Made by a program: the position numbers and the translations under genes. A DNA stretch of 63,993 bases, counting the filler, from Streblomastix strix (lineage: Eukaryota): the NCBI GenBank assembly GCA_008636045.1. It is 3 parts of 3 records of this genome, joined end to end, with 100 filler letters (N's around TTAATTAATTAA, not from the genome) between each part and the next. Parts side by side here need not be neighbours in the genome. Positions count along the whole stretch, not along the records: positions 21,717 to 43,314 come from SNRW01000364.1; positions 43,415 to 63,993 come from SNRW01000427.1; 1 more part is not named here. One strand, written 5' to 3'. Positions 36,080 through 49,659 of the stretch are shown one piece after another. The notes under the pieces are model-generated. The model had not been told where the DNA came from. It made no database searches and was given only the letters and a program-made list of their open reading frames with translations. Every line of letters begins with the position of its first letter. Positions within the stretch are counted from its first letter, which is position 1.

Positions 36080-39000
36080 TCATTATTTAACAAAATATCT
36101 ATCCGCTTTAATCCCATTGATGAATGGTAAACATGATTGATTAGATAATACTACAAGTTTAGTGTGGCTTCCAGTTATTGCATTTTTTTCCATTTTCAAC
36201 CTGCTCATAACACCTTTATGTTAGCATAATGTTGTATTAGTGGCTGTAGTTACAGTTCCATTATTAATATTACCGATGAATGCTTACTAATTAATCTATG
36301 GATTCTAATCCAATATAACTCCCTTCAAAACAATCTCATTTTTTATAATATAATTCTTTGGAGATAATGCTATACAATTTAAACCTTGTTTCTCAATATG
36401 AACTCCTAATATTTTTCGCTATCCATTCTCATTGAAGAAGAATCCTTTGTTTTAATTATAGAATTCTGGATCTTTAATTATTGTTTCAAATCCTTATGTA
36501 TAATCTCTAATTACATATCCTGCCATAGTTAATGTCAAATTATTTGTATGTAGTTACACAATATGCATTTTTGTTTTATCGAATGCTTTATATAAGAAGT
36601 TATTTATGAAATTAATATAAAAGAATTTAGCATTATCAAATACAAAATAAGCAACTTATAAGCATGTATTGCAACGACAATTTTCCTTATCAACCTAAAC
36701 AGCATATAAGTCTTCACTTAATTCAGTCGAATGTATAAACCCGCTCATCATATGCTATACAAAGGTTTTATTTGCTGATAGCAGTTTCGTATTAGAGTAT
36801 TTCTCACTATTCAATGCATCGCTTACAAATGCTGAATTCAATATTAACTTACAGAATTATCCCAATCCTTCATTCTTATCTTATTTTGCTTGTTATCTCA
36901 TATTCATAAATTCCTTCACAAATGAATTGAAATTATCGTGTTTCGTAAATATAATAACACTAACTATCTCATTAATAATGAAATGAAATTGATCCATTAA
37001 TATCCATAAATAATAGTTATTGAATGACATTATCTCATTGTTAGTATCAACTAAATTTGTCAATTTACGCTCCACTTTATCATGTGGAAGTTAATGATCT
37101 ACTAAGTGATTATACATAAATTATCCGATTGTTTCTTTATTAGTTGTTATATCAATGTTTCTTAGAATTGGCTCAAAATCAATGCAATAATTAATATAAT
37201 TCTCATCAATGTGACCTCTAACTTCAGCAACAAATAATAACATTTTATCAACTACTTATTGGTCATTACTGAATCAATTAGCATCATTTATTAACTATTT
37301 ACATCTATCCTAATCAATTATCCTTTCAATTGCTTAACCACACATATATAATTTGTGATTAGTGTATAGAATAAATGGATGAGATTCTGAACTCATTACA
37401 CTTGGATATTAACTGTCAAAATCTAGCTACACAACATGCGTTTATATATAATCTGAATCTATTGAATAGACACATCTATTCTCCTTATCGAATTCAAAAT
37501 GGTTTATTTTTGTTTATCCAGCAATATTGTATCGATGCATTACTTAGGATAGACCACCTGTAATGCCACTTCTAAGTATCCTATAGATGTCATCACTAAT
37601 CAACGTCATCGGTAACTACTTAAGTAACGCATATTTCCTTAATTGTATCATTAATTTCATCTAATTTACATCCCTATTAGCTTTACATGTATTGCAATAC
37701 AAACAACATGAAAGTACGTTATCTTTTAAATGACCTAACTTATTATCTATTCTATCTAATGTTAGTCTATTTTTCCATGTAAGTATCGCAATGCACATGT
37801 GACATCGTTAATTCTTGAATAATTCTTTAAAATAACCATAATCATTAATAGTTACATTATTGTTTGAATCTCTATTCTTTTTATTATCTTACTCATTATA
37901 ATTATCAACTTTAGCTCTCCATTAACACATAGTAATTTCAATTAATTTATCAGTGCATTCTGAATTATAATCACCATTGATATCGAAACCATTATATGCC
38001 ATTGAATATTTGATTGCATTAGAGCATTAAGACATTTATATATTGGCTAACATGTCCACTTTATATTTGAACATTAACTTAATCATGTAATTTATTGGTT
38101 CAATGAGAATTCTAGTATCGAGTATGTTATAATATTTCAAATAATCCCATCTGTTTGCGAATTGAGCTGCTTCAATCAAATATACCTAATACTTTGCTTC
38201 ACTAAGCTTCTTATTTCATAATTTATTATCAAACGCTTCTATAGGAAATGGTTCACTTTTATTCATCTCTTCCATGTAATTATTAATGTTAACAAATTCA
38301 TGTGGAAAACGACCTTTCTGATATTATACATTACCAAAATCTCTTACTGCATCTTTCAATTTATTTTACATAGAATAGATCTTGAAATTAATGAATCTTA
38401 ATTAAATGCTTGAAGACTAATGCTTCACTACTATCTATTTTGCGATAGTGCTAGAGCCTAAATATTTCGAAATAGACCAATCTTTTGATTTCAAATTTTT
38501 GAACAAAACAGATGTATCGAATTTAGCTGAATTGAACCCAATTACAGGTACTTCATAATATTGCGGTATTGTTTCATCATTATATTTATTGTCTTATTTA
38601 ACTTGTTTATCTTCTTCGAATAGCTATTCTAACCACTTATCTAAGAAATTGTCTGTTCGAATATCATAATAGAATGAATGTATACCATTGGCCAATTTGA
38701 CAGTTGATGTAGTAGCGTATGGAATTAACGTAGCAGTAACTTATGAACTATCACCAAATTTTCATTAACTTTCTTCTCTAATGATTCAATATCATATGTA
38801 ATGTAATATTGAGTAGGTTTGAATAGATGAGTTAGATTATTGGCTAATAGATACTTATAAGTCTTGTTAGATAATAAATGAGGAACAAATGGCTTTGCAA
38901 ACTTTTCCAATATAACTCTCTTAATTATTTTACCACCATTCTTTTAACATTTTTTCATATGATTTCTCATTGATGTTTATAGATTTGGATCACCTATTCG

Positions 39001-40584
39001 GAATGCTTACTTATGACATATGTTGCAATATCGAAATCCAGTTAATGCTTCAACATCAGATATATACATAATGTGTGTGTTAATTCCATCATTAATGAAT
39101 AGGATATTGAACTATTTGGCTGAATCATTAACGAGATAATTTTATATTAATTCATAGTGTGGAGGATCACTTTCATAGGTATACATGTGCACATTAACCT
39201 GTTCTGTATTGATGAAGTTATCGATATCATTAACAAAATCAAATCCTTTATAATTATCTCGAAACTATACTCCAATTACTCTTGAATATATACGTTTAGC
39301 TTCTGCGATTCTTGAACTATCTTTCCATCGTTTATCCTTTGTATTTGGCATCGTAATGAATGAATATGCAGTCCAAAAACATAGATTTACCTTACAATCT
39401 ACATAATATATTTCTCTTCGTTTAATGTGTCACTTTAATGATGGAATGGCTGCACCTGCCATAGGATAACGAAATGCAAAGAACATTATAGAAAATATAG
39501 CTACTATCTTTTCATGCGTATCAGTGTTAGTTCTTTCTTATATACTACCTATAACTGTTCGAAGATATTATTTGTATGTATTAATGTTATCCTATGATCG
39601 TATCTCCATTGGTGCTCTTCTTTCAGAGTTTGCGTTAACTGGAAGCACATATTTGTACTAAACTATCTACTCTTATGCATTACCATTTGCACGTTCAATT
39701 ATCACTCCTAAATCAACAGCTAGTTTGAATACATTACCTTTCTCTTTTCTATATACTGCATCTAATAATTAATCAATATGTGCCAATGAAGATATATTAT
39801 CGTAGTATTATTTTGATGGCTTCTTTTAATTAATATCCGATTAATTATATGTATTAAACCATAGAGTTGATGTATCTTTATTGAATCGTGATAAAGCAAG
39901 ATTCTTAATTTTATTGAGTTATTCTTCATTTTATATATCACATAGTATAATCACATCATTATCAGTATCTAGATGATGGAACACATATTATTCATGAGTT
40001 CTAATGTAATCGCTAATTTCTTATTAATCTGTTTTAAATTGTATATCGATGTTCATATCTTAAACATTATGCAATTCATCTAATAATTATGCTTATCTTG
40101 CTTATCTATCTTCTTCTTATTTTCTCCTACGTTCTTCTATCTCTTATGCTCTTTATTAATGCTGCTATTATCTATATCTATCAGGACCAAATATTTCTTC
40201 TTCATCTAATAATTCTTGATCGAATTCTTCTTTTAATTCTTTTATGACTTATTTCCGTTATTTTTATAATTACTCTTATTCCACTTATAATTATTATTCT
40301 CGTGTTAATCGTTATTGCTCGCGTTAATTGAACCACTTTCGAATACGTTATTGAATAACAGTTGCTGCTTAGGTTTATCGCATAAATTATCTACGTGAAA
40401 CTACTGCATTGATCGCTTATTCCACAGCATTAACGTTATTACGCTAACCATCGAATCCGATCTTTGTCAGTATAGAACTTAGCGCTGATCTTTTCATGTT
40501 ATTACTCGCATTTATGTTTGTATTTGGATCGTATAATTAGAATAAACGATTAATGTCTGCAATTGATATTTTCGTTCTAGTCAT
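36080..40584 (-). pseudogene. Protein-primed family B DNA polymerase (~1500 codons), inactivated
   Basis: Exo I YDIES, Exo II IGFNSAKFD, KGRFPH, Exo III YYNILD, GITGG, motif A LDFDSQYPSVM, motif B KLILNSAF; motif C degenerate (LHTNN); several TGA and a frameshift near 38760. Confidence 0.93.
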
Positions 40585-40599
40585 TTCGTTAATTCAAAA

Positions 40600-41918
40600 T
40601 TAAATTATCATATGATTGATCATTTTCAATCCTATTACATCGCTCTTTATCTTCTTCTAGCTTCATTTATTGCTGCAAGTGCAACCTAATTATATATACG
40701 ATCAATTTCAGTTGCAAATCTTTCTTCATCAATGTTAATTTATGTAAAATATGTTTATGCAATTTATTTCTTAAATACAGTTGCACCTTATTTTAATATA
40801 TCATTATTTGCCCAATTTTATTGGGGATCAATTATCTATAAGATTTCTCTTACAACTTCTCTCTATGTAGCTTATGTTGCAGCCATATACAAGCCTCTTC
40901 CCCATTTTTCTATTTGATTTGTTTATCTAAATTCTTAAGCAATAGTAGGAATATATGTAGCTAAGAAATGATTTCTTGGAACTAACTGTTAGAATTATTT
41001 CGTCTTATAAGTACCATCTTTACGTTTTGCACCAACTGGAACAGCTTATCCTTGCATGAAATTGAAGAATTTATTATTTTTATGTTATCCTTTTGGTACA
41101 GTAGCTATATATTATTCTCGATATTTATCATATTTACTTTCATCTTTTGGAATGTATCCTCCAATTGAATATAATTTTCCTTTATTGGTATAAACAGTTG
41201 CGAATTCAGGTAGTGGACCTTATCCATCTAGATCAACCTTCTGCATAATATATCCTTGCCTGCCTTTTTTACCAGAAATGTATGCTTCACCTGAAGGAAT
41301 AGTTCTCAATTCTTAATTATATTTCATATCTTTATGCATGTCTTGCTTAACATTTAATTTACAGATTAATGCTTATAGTTATTTTGCATTTAGTCCTGTA
41401 GTATGTTTAATACGACCATCTGCAAGCTTCAATTTTCTAGCATTTTTCTTGTTTTGTTAATTTTCGGTCAATGGAGTTTATTTTTTCTGTAAATATTACG
41501 CGAATCTTGAGAGTTACGGTTATGCTTCAGCCATGTTTTGGTTTTGAGTAATAGTTGGTTATCGTATTTATTCTATTGCTTATTCCTTTTATTAATCTGT
41601 TAGTTACTCTCGTGATTACTATTACATATGTTCTTAAACTGATTATTCAATAATTGATCTAATCGTTTATGATGCTTATGTTGTATTTCCTTATTCAATT
41701 TAATCTGCTAAATTCCAATATTTTTCTTAAATTCTTCGAAATGTTTCAGCTGTTTCGTTCAATATAGTTAATTATTCTTATCAACTTTTACGACCTTTAT
41801 GTTTATGCTAATTGTATATTAGTTCTTTTGCATTACGTAATTCATTAAAAAAATCATCATTATCGCCTGCAATTACCCGAATATCTCTAATTTCATTGTT
41901 TAACTCTTCTGTACTCAT
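40600..41918 (-). pseudogene. Basic hypothetical viral protein (possible core/DNA-binding protein)
   Basis: MSTEELNNEIRDIR…MAEAQPQLSRFAQYLQKKQ…GKLYSIGGYIPK; long frame with one TGA and a late frameshift; may be two ORFs (second ATG at 41534). Confidence 0.5.
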
Positions 41919-41969
41919 TTGTTAATAACAAAACGTTCATAAGTGATTGAAATAATTAATAACAAACAA

Positions 41970-42743
41970 ATGTCTTTAACTAGTTACGTGGATCAATTGC
42001 TTAGTAAATAGAAAACAAATAAACATGAAGTATAATCTATCATTCATAAGGAGCTCAATTTCTCATACAATTCTATTAACTTACTCATAGGTTAACGAGG
42101 TAGCGGTAAATCATATAATGTATTCAAAGAGCTAATCAAATTGAGTTAGTTACCTAATTAATGTTACACGTTATTCATATATGTTACTGATAGCAATAAT
42201 GATATCACATATAAGAAGATGAAAGATTTAATAACTTTTCCAACAAAAATAGTACCATATGCAGAAGTGAATGAAGCATTTGATGAACTGATCGAATGCA
42301 AGAAAGCGTATGATGAAGTAAATGAATATAAGTTAGAGAAATAAATGAAAAAAGAATCGAAGAAAGGTATATTATCTCACATTGGAGCAAAGGATTTTTC
42401 TATCAAATTTCCACATACAATAGTGTTGTTTGATGATGCGATGAGTATATTCAAAAATAAGAACAATCCATTATATAAGAAGTTAATCAAAAATAGATAA
42501 CCAAGAATTACTTATTTCCTATGTTTGCAAGATATTATTGGGTTAGATGCTAGCATTAAATCAAACGTTGATACAGTATATTTTTTCGGTGGATTCAATA
42601 GGTAAAAATTCAATTTGTTCTTTTATCAATCATCATTACCGTTAGATAAAGAAACATTATGGAATGAATATGTGCAATTAGGTAAAAGAGAAGCATTATT
42701 GGTATAATATAGTAATGATGGAACTATTGTACGAGTAATTTGA
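41970..42743 (+). CDS. A32-like DNA packaging ATPase (intact, 257 aa)
   Basis: Walker A LLIGQRGSGKS, Walker B IVLFDD, KNRQPRITYFLCLQ, IKSNVDTVYFF. Confidence 0.9.
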
Positions 42744-42770
42744 TTCGCTAGCGCTCAGCAACAAAGTTGC

Positions 42771-43175
42771 TCAATGAACGTATTCATCATCTTAGTAGGA
42801 AATTGATTGTTATTTTTATTCAAATAAGCCTAGTAAAAACATTAATTTATCATTGATTTCTTTGATCGATTTTTATATGTTAGTTAATTCATTTTATTCG
42901 GATGATTTATGTTTGGATTATTTTAATACTATTTATTCGTTCTAACGTGTGAAGATATATCCTTCAACTTTATATAATTTATTTAATCTAATAGTAGGCA
43001 TCTTATCTAAAGTTTCTTTGTTAGTTGCATAGTATTAATGGAATTCATCAGTCGAATCAAACGTAAATGGTTACACATCAGTTTTATTGATTATTTTTAG
43101 TTCGGGTAATGGTTAGATTTTTTCCTTAGGTTTATTGTTCTTAATTAGTTTGCTATCAAATAACACACGAGACAT
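42771..43175 (-). CDS. Hypothetical viral protein (134 aa)
   Basis: MSRVLFDSKLIKNNKPKEKIQPLPELK…FDSTDEFHQYYATNKETLDKMPTIRLNKLYKVEGYIF; convergent with the ATPase across the hairpin AGCAAC-AAA-GTTGCT. Confidence 0.55.
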
Positions 43176-43314
43176 TTCAATTTAACAAAAATAAATTAGC
43201 CAATCTATCAATGTGCTCTCGCTGTATTAATAATAGCTTATATTTGATCAATTATTTAATCTAATTAGTCTTCTGGGAATGTGTAATGAGTTGACCAAAT
43301 TTTCACATCTTATC

Positions 43315-43414
43315 NNNNNNNNNNNNNNNNNNNNNNNNNNNNNNNNNNNNNNNNNNNNTTAATTAATTAANNNNNNNNNNNNNNNNNNNNNNNNNNNNNN
43401 NNNNNNNNNNNNNN
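43315..43414. other. Artificial contig linker
   Basis: N-run with central TTAATTAATTAA. Confidence 0.95.
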
Positions 43415-46400
43415 TTTTACATTTTTTATACGATTTCATTTTAAGTCATTTGGAGTAATCTTTTGGATGATCCAATTGGCTCTTGGCACTCAATTCAACG
43501 ATGCACGCTTGTACAACGCTCTGTAATTTAGCTTATATTATAGATAGAAAAGATTTAAAATTTCATGAAAGCAAATAAATGCTGAAATCGAAGCAAAATT
43601 CAAGAAATCATTATGATCAACTCAATAAACATTAATTTCTCTTACTTTTTGCACACTCTTTCATTTAACCTTAAAAATGATTCGAACCCTAGATAAAATA
43701 ATAAAACTGAACTATAACTCAAAAATCCCTTCATCATACTAATCATCAATTCAATCTGCAACTACAGTTGTTCATTCACACAATCGAACTGCTATTCAAA
43801 CTCCAATAACTAAAAATATTCAATCATTCCATCACAAAACTGATTAAAATTCGTATTAGAACTAATAAAATTTAAATAAAAGATCAAAATCTATTCAATA
43901 TTTTAGATTATGCACTATTTCATATTCATTTATTTAAGTAAACTAAATAATTTATCCAATTCAATATTAAATGCCCATATGATTTCCTGCACGATAATAA
44001 ATACCCATTTAATCTGAAATATTATAAAGCACAAATATTATCTTCTAATTTAAGATCTTACTTTTAATATAGATTAAAACTAACTCCAAAATCATAAAAC
44101 TAGACTATTTAGTAACTCAGAATAAATCTAAAATTAAAATTTTCTCCAACTGAATAAATTACAGTTAAGCTCCTGTTGGAAGTTAATGAAGACATGTAAT
44201 AGTTCATTAATATTAGCTATTCAAATGTGGAATTGCGTATTGTTCTTTCATATGCACTAAGATCTGTGAGATCAATATAAGCACTGTATTAAGATTAAAT
44301 TATAGAATTTATATAAATCATCTACTAATCTTTAACTGAAAATGTTTTTGATTTATAAATTAAAACACTAATGAAAAAGAAAATGTTGAATTTTTATTTC
44401 AATCATATCTTATTAATAACTTATTTAGTTAGTTCTAACGAACACCAAGTAAATAAATTGCAATTAAGATGTTTAAAGCATTTAATTGTATTAATGAAAG
44501 GGGATCTAAAAAACTGAAGAATGATGATTTGATAATTCAAAAATATTTCTAAAAATCATTTCTATACAATTTCAAAAATGGATGGAAATAAACTTAATCA
44601 ACATCAATTACTAATTCATAAGTTTCTTCTAGTTAAAATCAATTAAAATTACTTCTTTCACTTCATCATTCATTTTCTGAAATAATAGAATAGCAATAAA
44701 TAAAATAAGTTATGATTGAAGAAATATTATTGAACTAATATTGTGAAATAAATTCAAATAAATGCGCTTGTGAAATATTTGAAAAACTTCTCCCTAAGGG
44801 TATTAAATTGCATTTTGATTAAAAATGTTTATTTTATTTATATTTTTATGAATATTTTTTATCCTCAGATGAATAAATGCAATTCAATGGACTGAAATTT
44901 CTATCAAATCTGAGTTTAAATAATAATTTGTAAATTAAATTTATTTATTCTTAATTTTTGATTTCAATTTAGTTATAAATTTAATTTTTGTTTTAAATAT
45001 AATTATCATTACTTTATGTAACAAGATTTATTATATAAATTTTAATTAAATATAATTATTAAAGAATCTTGGTATAATAATTGGAAAAAGAATAGTAAAA
45101 ATTGCAATTGACATTGTAAAGTATATAAATAGTAAAATTATTTATTTTATTTAAAATTTATTAAATATTAATTTGGGCTATTATTTGCAAAATTAAAGTT
45201 TTTATACAAAGAGGATAACTTTCATGTCCAAATACAAAATATTGAATAGAAATATATATTATAATTTATAAATTTATTAATTTACTTATTTATTTATTTT
45301 ATTTGTATATATATTTTCTAACGTATAAAATTAACTATGATATTATTCATAAAGATTATTTTAAACAAACATTCTCAATTAATTATTGGAAAACAATTTC
45401 ATATGTTAATTGTTCTCTTAATTTACTTAAATATGCGTTAAAAATAAATAAATTGAACTCATTATCCTGGTAATTAAATTTAAATGTCAATGGTGATGAA
45501 TTAGCTTTTGGCAGAATTCCTACGAAGCTAAAATTATGATCATCCTTCAAAATTTAAATTATTTATAATTATAATATGTTATAATATTATATATTAAGTT
45601 TATTAAAATTTATCAAATTTATTTCAAATGACGTATGATGTCGTCTATATTATTTTTTTTTGAAGAATCAATCATTTCGATCAAATTCTCTTTTAAGATG
45701 TGTAGTTTAATTTGATGATTAGATGCGTTTTCAATCATTGAAAAGCCAAAACAATTAGTATTGATCTTGGAAGATATGATGTATTTCATCCTAATAAATC
45801 AGGAGTCATTGTTGCATTTATTATCAGATGAGCAGCAGATGCACAAATATCATCAACACAGTCTTTTGCTAATTCTACAAGCACTTATGGAAATAATGGT
45901 ATATTACTTCTAATTTATTATGAATTCAATTTTTCATATTCATTCTTTTTAAGTGAATTTTCTTGATTCAGAGCTGGAATTGTATCTGCAAATGTTGTCC
46001 TTTGGTTCTTTTCTTAGCTACTGCTACAACTCGATATATCTATATCATCTGTTGCTTTTTTCTCATTATTCCAATAAATAAACTATTATTCTAATTATAA
46101 AAATATTAATGACAAAATTAATTTCATTCTTAAAATATAATGTAATTATTGATCAATGTGATTAAAATATAAATAAATTGTGTAAAATATTGAAATATGC
46201 ATTAATCATATAAATACAACACTATTGTTCAATTGAATTTTGACAAATTTTTTTTTTGGAAAATATAATTATCTTTTGTGAATTTTTATGAAATATAAAT
46301 ATTTTCAATGGATTTGTTTGAGTAAAATTTATAAATATGAACAAAAACTATGTTAAAAATTTTATTTAAAAATTGTTTCATTAAATTATTTTATTTAAAT

Positions 46401-49400
46401 TTATTTTTAATTTTAATTTTCAAATTATTTTATTGTATAAATAAAAAATAAAATTCTATAAAACTAATTTTATGAAAAAAAATTTTTGATTGATTTCTTT
46501 ACCCATTCATTAAAATATTCAATTTATACTTAAATATTAAAAACAAATATTTAATAGTAGTAAAATAAATTTAAAATTAAATTATACAAACATAAAAGAC
46601 AATAAATAAATAAAAAAATTTCAGTTGAAATATTTTAGACTTTCAAAACTGTTTAGATATAATTTTAACAGTTTTGATGCGTTTAGTAAAATTCTTCGAT
46701 TAAATGAAACAGTAACATTTTCAAAGTTGAAATTAAAAAATTGTAATATTTAAAAATATAATTTCTTAAATTATAATTAAAAAAAAATTAATATCTTTTA
46801 AAAATGTTTAATTTAAAAAATTAATTATATTTTTGTTGAATATTTCTTAAGTGGTTTAAAATTTCTGATTAATAGTTATTATTTAATAAAAAAATGTGAT
46901 TTTATTATTCATTATATAATTTTAAAAGTAAGTTTTAATAATTATTTTAAAAATATATATTTATATTAAAAAAAAAAAATATAGTTTTATCAATCTTCTT
47001 GCTGCAATAATCATTAATTCAGTAGCTAAATTTTTTTATTAATCATTTTTGAAACTTATTAATTTTTAATTTTACTAACATCTTAGAACAATTCATATTT
47101 CTTTGTATTAAATTATCAATTTTTTCTTATTTCATAGTTAATACAGAAATTTACAATTATTGTTTATGAACATTAGTAAAATTCTTGGTTAAAATAAGTA
47201 TTTTTAATTTATCTGAATTGATATATTTGATTTAGAAATTATACTTATATATTTTCATCACTCAGAATGCCTAAGTTAAATGATAATGTAAACTTAATAT
47301 AAATAGTGCTTTCCCATAAAAGTATATCAGAATATTATATATTAAGATATATGCCTCAATTTTATTGAAAATTTTTTGTTTCTTCGCAAATATTGTATCC
47401 TTAGGAGTTAAAAACTCAACAGTAATATCTGAATTTTTAACACTTTCATGAATTTTAGTTATTTCCCAAACTTATTTAAATAATATTTTAATTCAGCTTT
47501 AATAAAGTTAAGATTTACAACTTATTCTATTGAATTCTTTATTATTATCTCAAATTAAAGTATTTATTAATATTATTTGACGATAAAGTCATACTGATTG
47601 TTTTGAGGAAATATTAATTTATTTTTATTTTTGTGCAAAAAATTATTGATACAGTTGAAATAGTATCAAATTATAAGTTTGTTGCTACATATTTCCACGT
47701 GTTTTATATGCTCCTATATTGCAGGATGCGATTATGAAACTAATTATTAAAATTGTTAATTTATGTGTTCGAGCTGGAAAACTGAAAGAAAATCCAAAAA
47801 TATTACAGAAGTCATAAATTTTCTCAAGTTTTTATAAAGAATAAGAATAGGAAAATTATGAAAAAAAAAGTTAAAAAATCATAATTTTGAAATAAACAAA
47901 TCTAAACAAGTTGATATGATTGGTACAGAGTGTATATTCAGCAGTGAAAATAGATGTTTGTCAGAATTTATTATGTTGAATTAATTCAAATGTGGAAATT
48001 TTTTCTCCTTCATAAATTGTCCAATTAAATGTCAAAGTTATTAAATTCGTTTTTTTCATATTTTTGCAATCTATGATGTATATTTCATGTTTTGGAGATA
48101 AATTTCATAGACATTAAATTGAAAACTATCGAGAAAATTTAGTTTCTTTTTATAACAAATTGAAAATTGAATTGCCTGAATTTTAATACATATATATAGT
48201 AATTGTATTTAACATCGTTGAAATAAGAAAAATAAATAAAACAAATGAATACGGAGCAATTTTTAATGATGAGTATGTTGTTTTTAAATGATGAAAATTT
48301 TTATTAGTTTATAATTTTACAATATTAAGGTTGAATTTTAAATAAAAATAATATTTTATGCATATATGATATTTTATTACAGAATATAATATTGAACTTA
48401 GTTTTAGAAGCATGAATGATCTATACTCGAGACGATAGATGTGAAAAATAAAAGATCATTCACTTCACATGTACTGGGCACCTAAAAGTCCATGCACTGC
48501 AATTTGCTCGCTTCACATATGTTCCAATAAAAAATTAATATTAAATATTTCATAATTTACTTTCTGAGCTGAATACCATTTTATTATAAAATTTTACAAA
48601 CAAGGCCCCAAATGACAGCGTAACTCTCGCCTCAAACTTTGCATAGACTCGAAGGGAGAGCAATACTTAAGCGCATGCAAATTTAGCACAAACCTATCCA
48701 GAAAAGAGTAGAATTAGCAGAAAATATTCATGATTTGATTATTTCTGAGAGCGAAAATAATTACTCGTATTTATTCTTGTTATTTTTAATGTTATGTTTA
48801 TTATTTATTCCTCATATTTTAAAATTGAACAACATTTCCTTTTGATTTGATAATTAAAAATTTTTTCATGTTCCATTAATCTTAATCATAATATACATTT
48901 CCCTATATAGGGTCGTTCCAAAAGTAAAATCCGTTCCTAAAGTAAAATCTGATCGATCTTACCCAACTTATTATGAATTTAAATTTTACTTATATTATTG
49001 TAATAATTTGAAAAAAATAATGTCAAAATTTTATAATAAAACTATATTACATCACTATAAATTTTAAGCATAACTGAAAAATTATTTATGATATTAAAAG
49101 TGATGGTTCATAAATATAATATTTTTTTACATTTCAATCTTTAAAAAATATAATATATTAAAGGAATTTATTCATAAATTTATTTTTGAATTTCAGCGTA
49201 ATGTTTCACATATTTTCTAAATTTTTATATTTTGAATATATAATTTTAACTTATTTTCAATATAGTATTTTATATTTATTATGTTAAATTTAATTAATTA
49301 TTTTTATCTATAAATATTAATAAAATATGTTCATTTGTTTTAATGATTTAGCTGAAGTAATTTGTTTTTTTCTTTTTTTTACATTTCCTTATTAAAACTA

Positions 49401-49659
49401 AAATTTATATTTTAATTTTTTTACATTTCCTTATTAAAACTAAAATTTATATTTTAATTTTTTTACATTTCAAATGAAAAAATGCTTTACATTTAATAAA
49501 ATTCATATATAACTATTTTTGTTCTGCTCATTATATTGTGCCAGATTTTTGAAAAAAAATAATTTTTTTTTAAAAATATCTATAATTACAAAATTGGATT
49601 TTGATTTTAAAATTAATTTTGATTTATTTTGCATTTTATCACATTTTTAATAAATTTAG

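Larger units (their letters stand above)
28342..43314. mobile_element. Endogenous Polinton/Maverick-like virus, element D (runs off contig end)
   Basis: AGTAGT terminus plus primase-helicase, integrase, pPolB and packaging ATPase, intronless and densely packed. Confidence 0.85.

Noticed and set aside
36080..40584. In-frame TGA codons as evidence of TGA recoding or selenocysteine
   Set aside because: They co-occur with frameshifts and are not conserved between paralogs, and TGA ends intact genes; simple decay explains them.
43440..48760. Several decayed coding-like patches (WMIQLALG kinase-like bit near 43466; minus-strand frames at 45660-46060 and 46990-47780)
   Set aside because: Too degenerate to assign a product by eye.
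49374..49471. Perfect ~42-bp tandem duplication in AT-rich DNA
   Set aside because: Simple local slippage with no sign of function.
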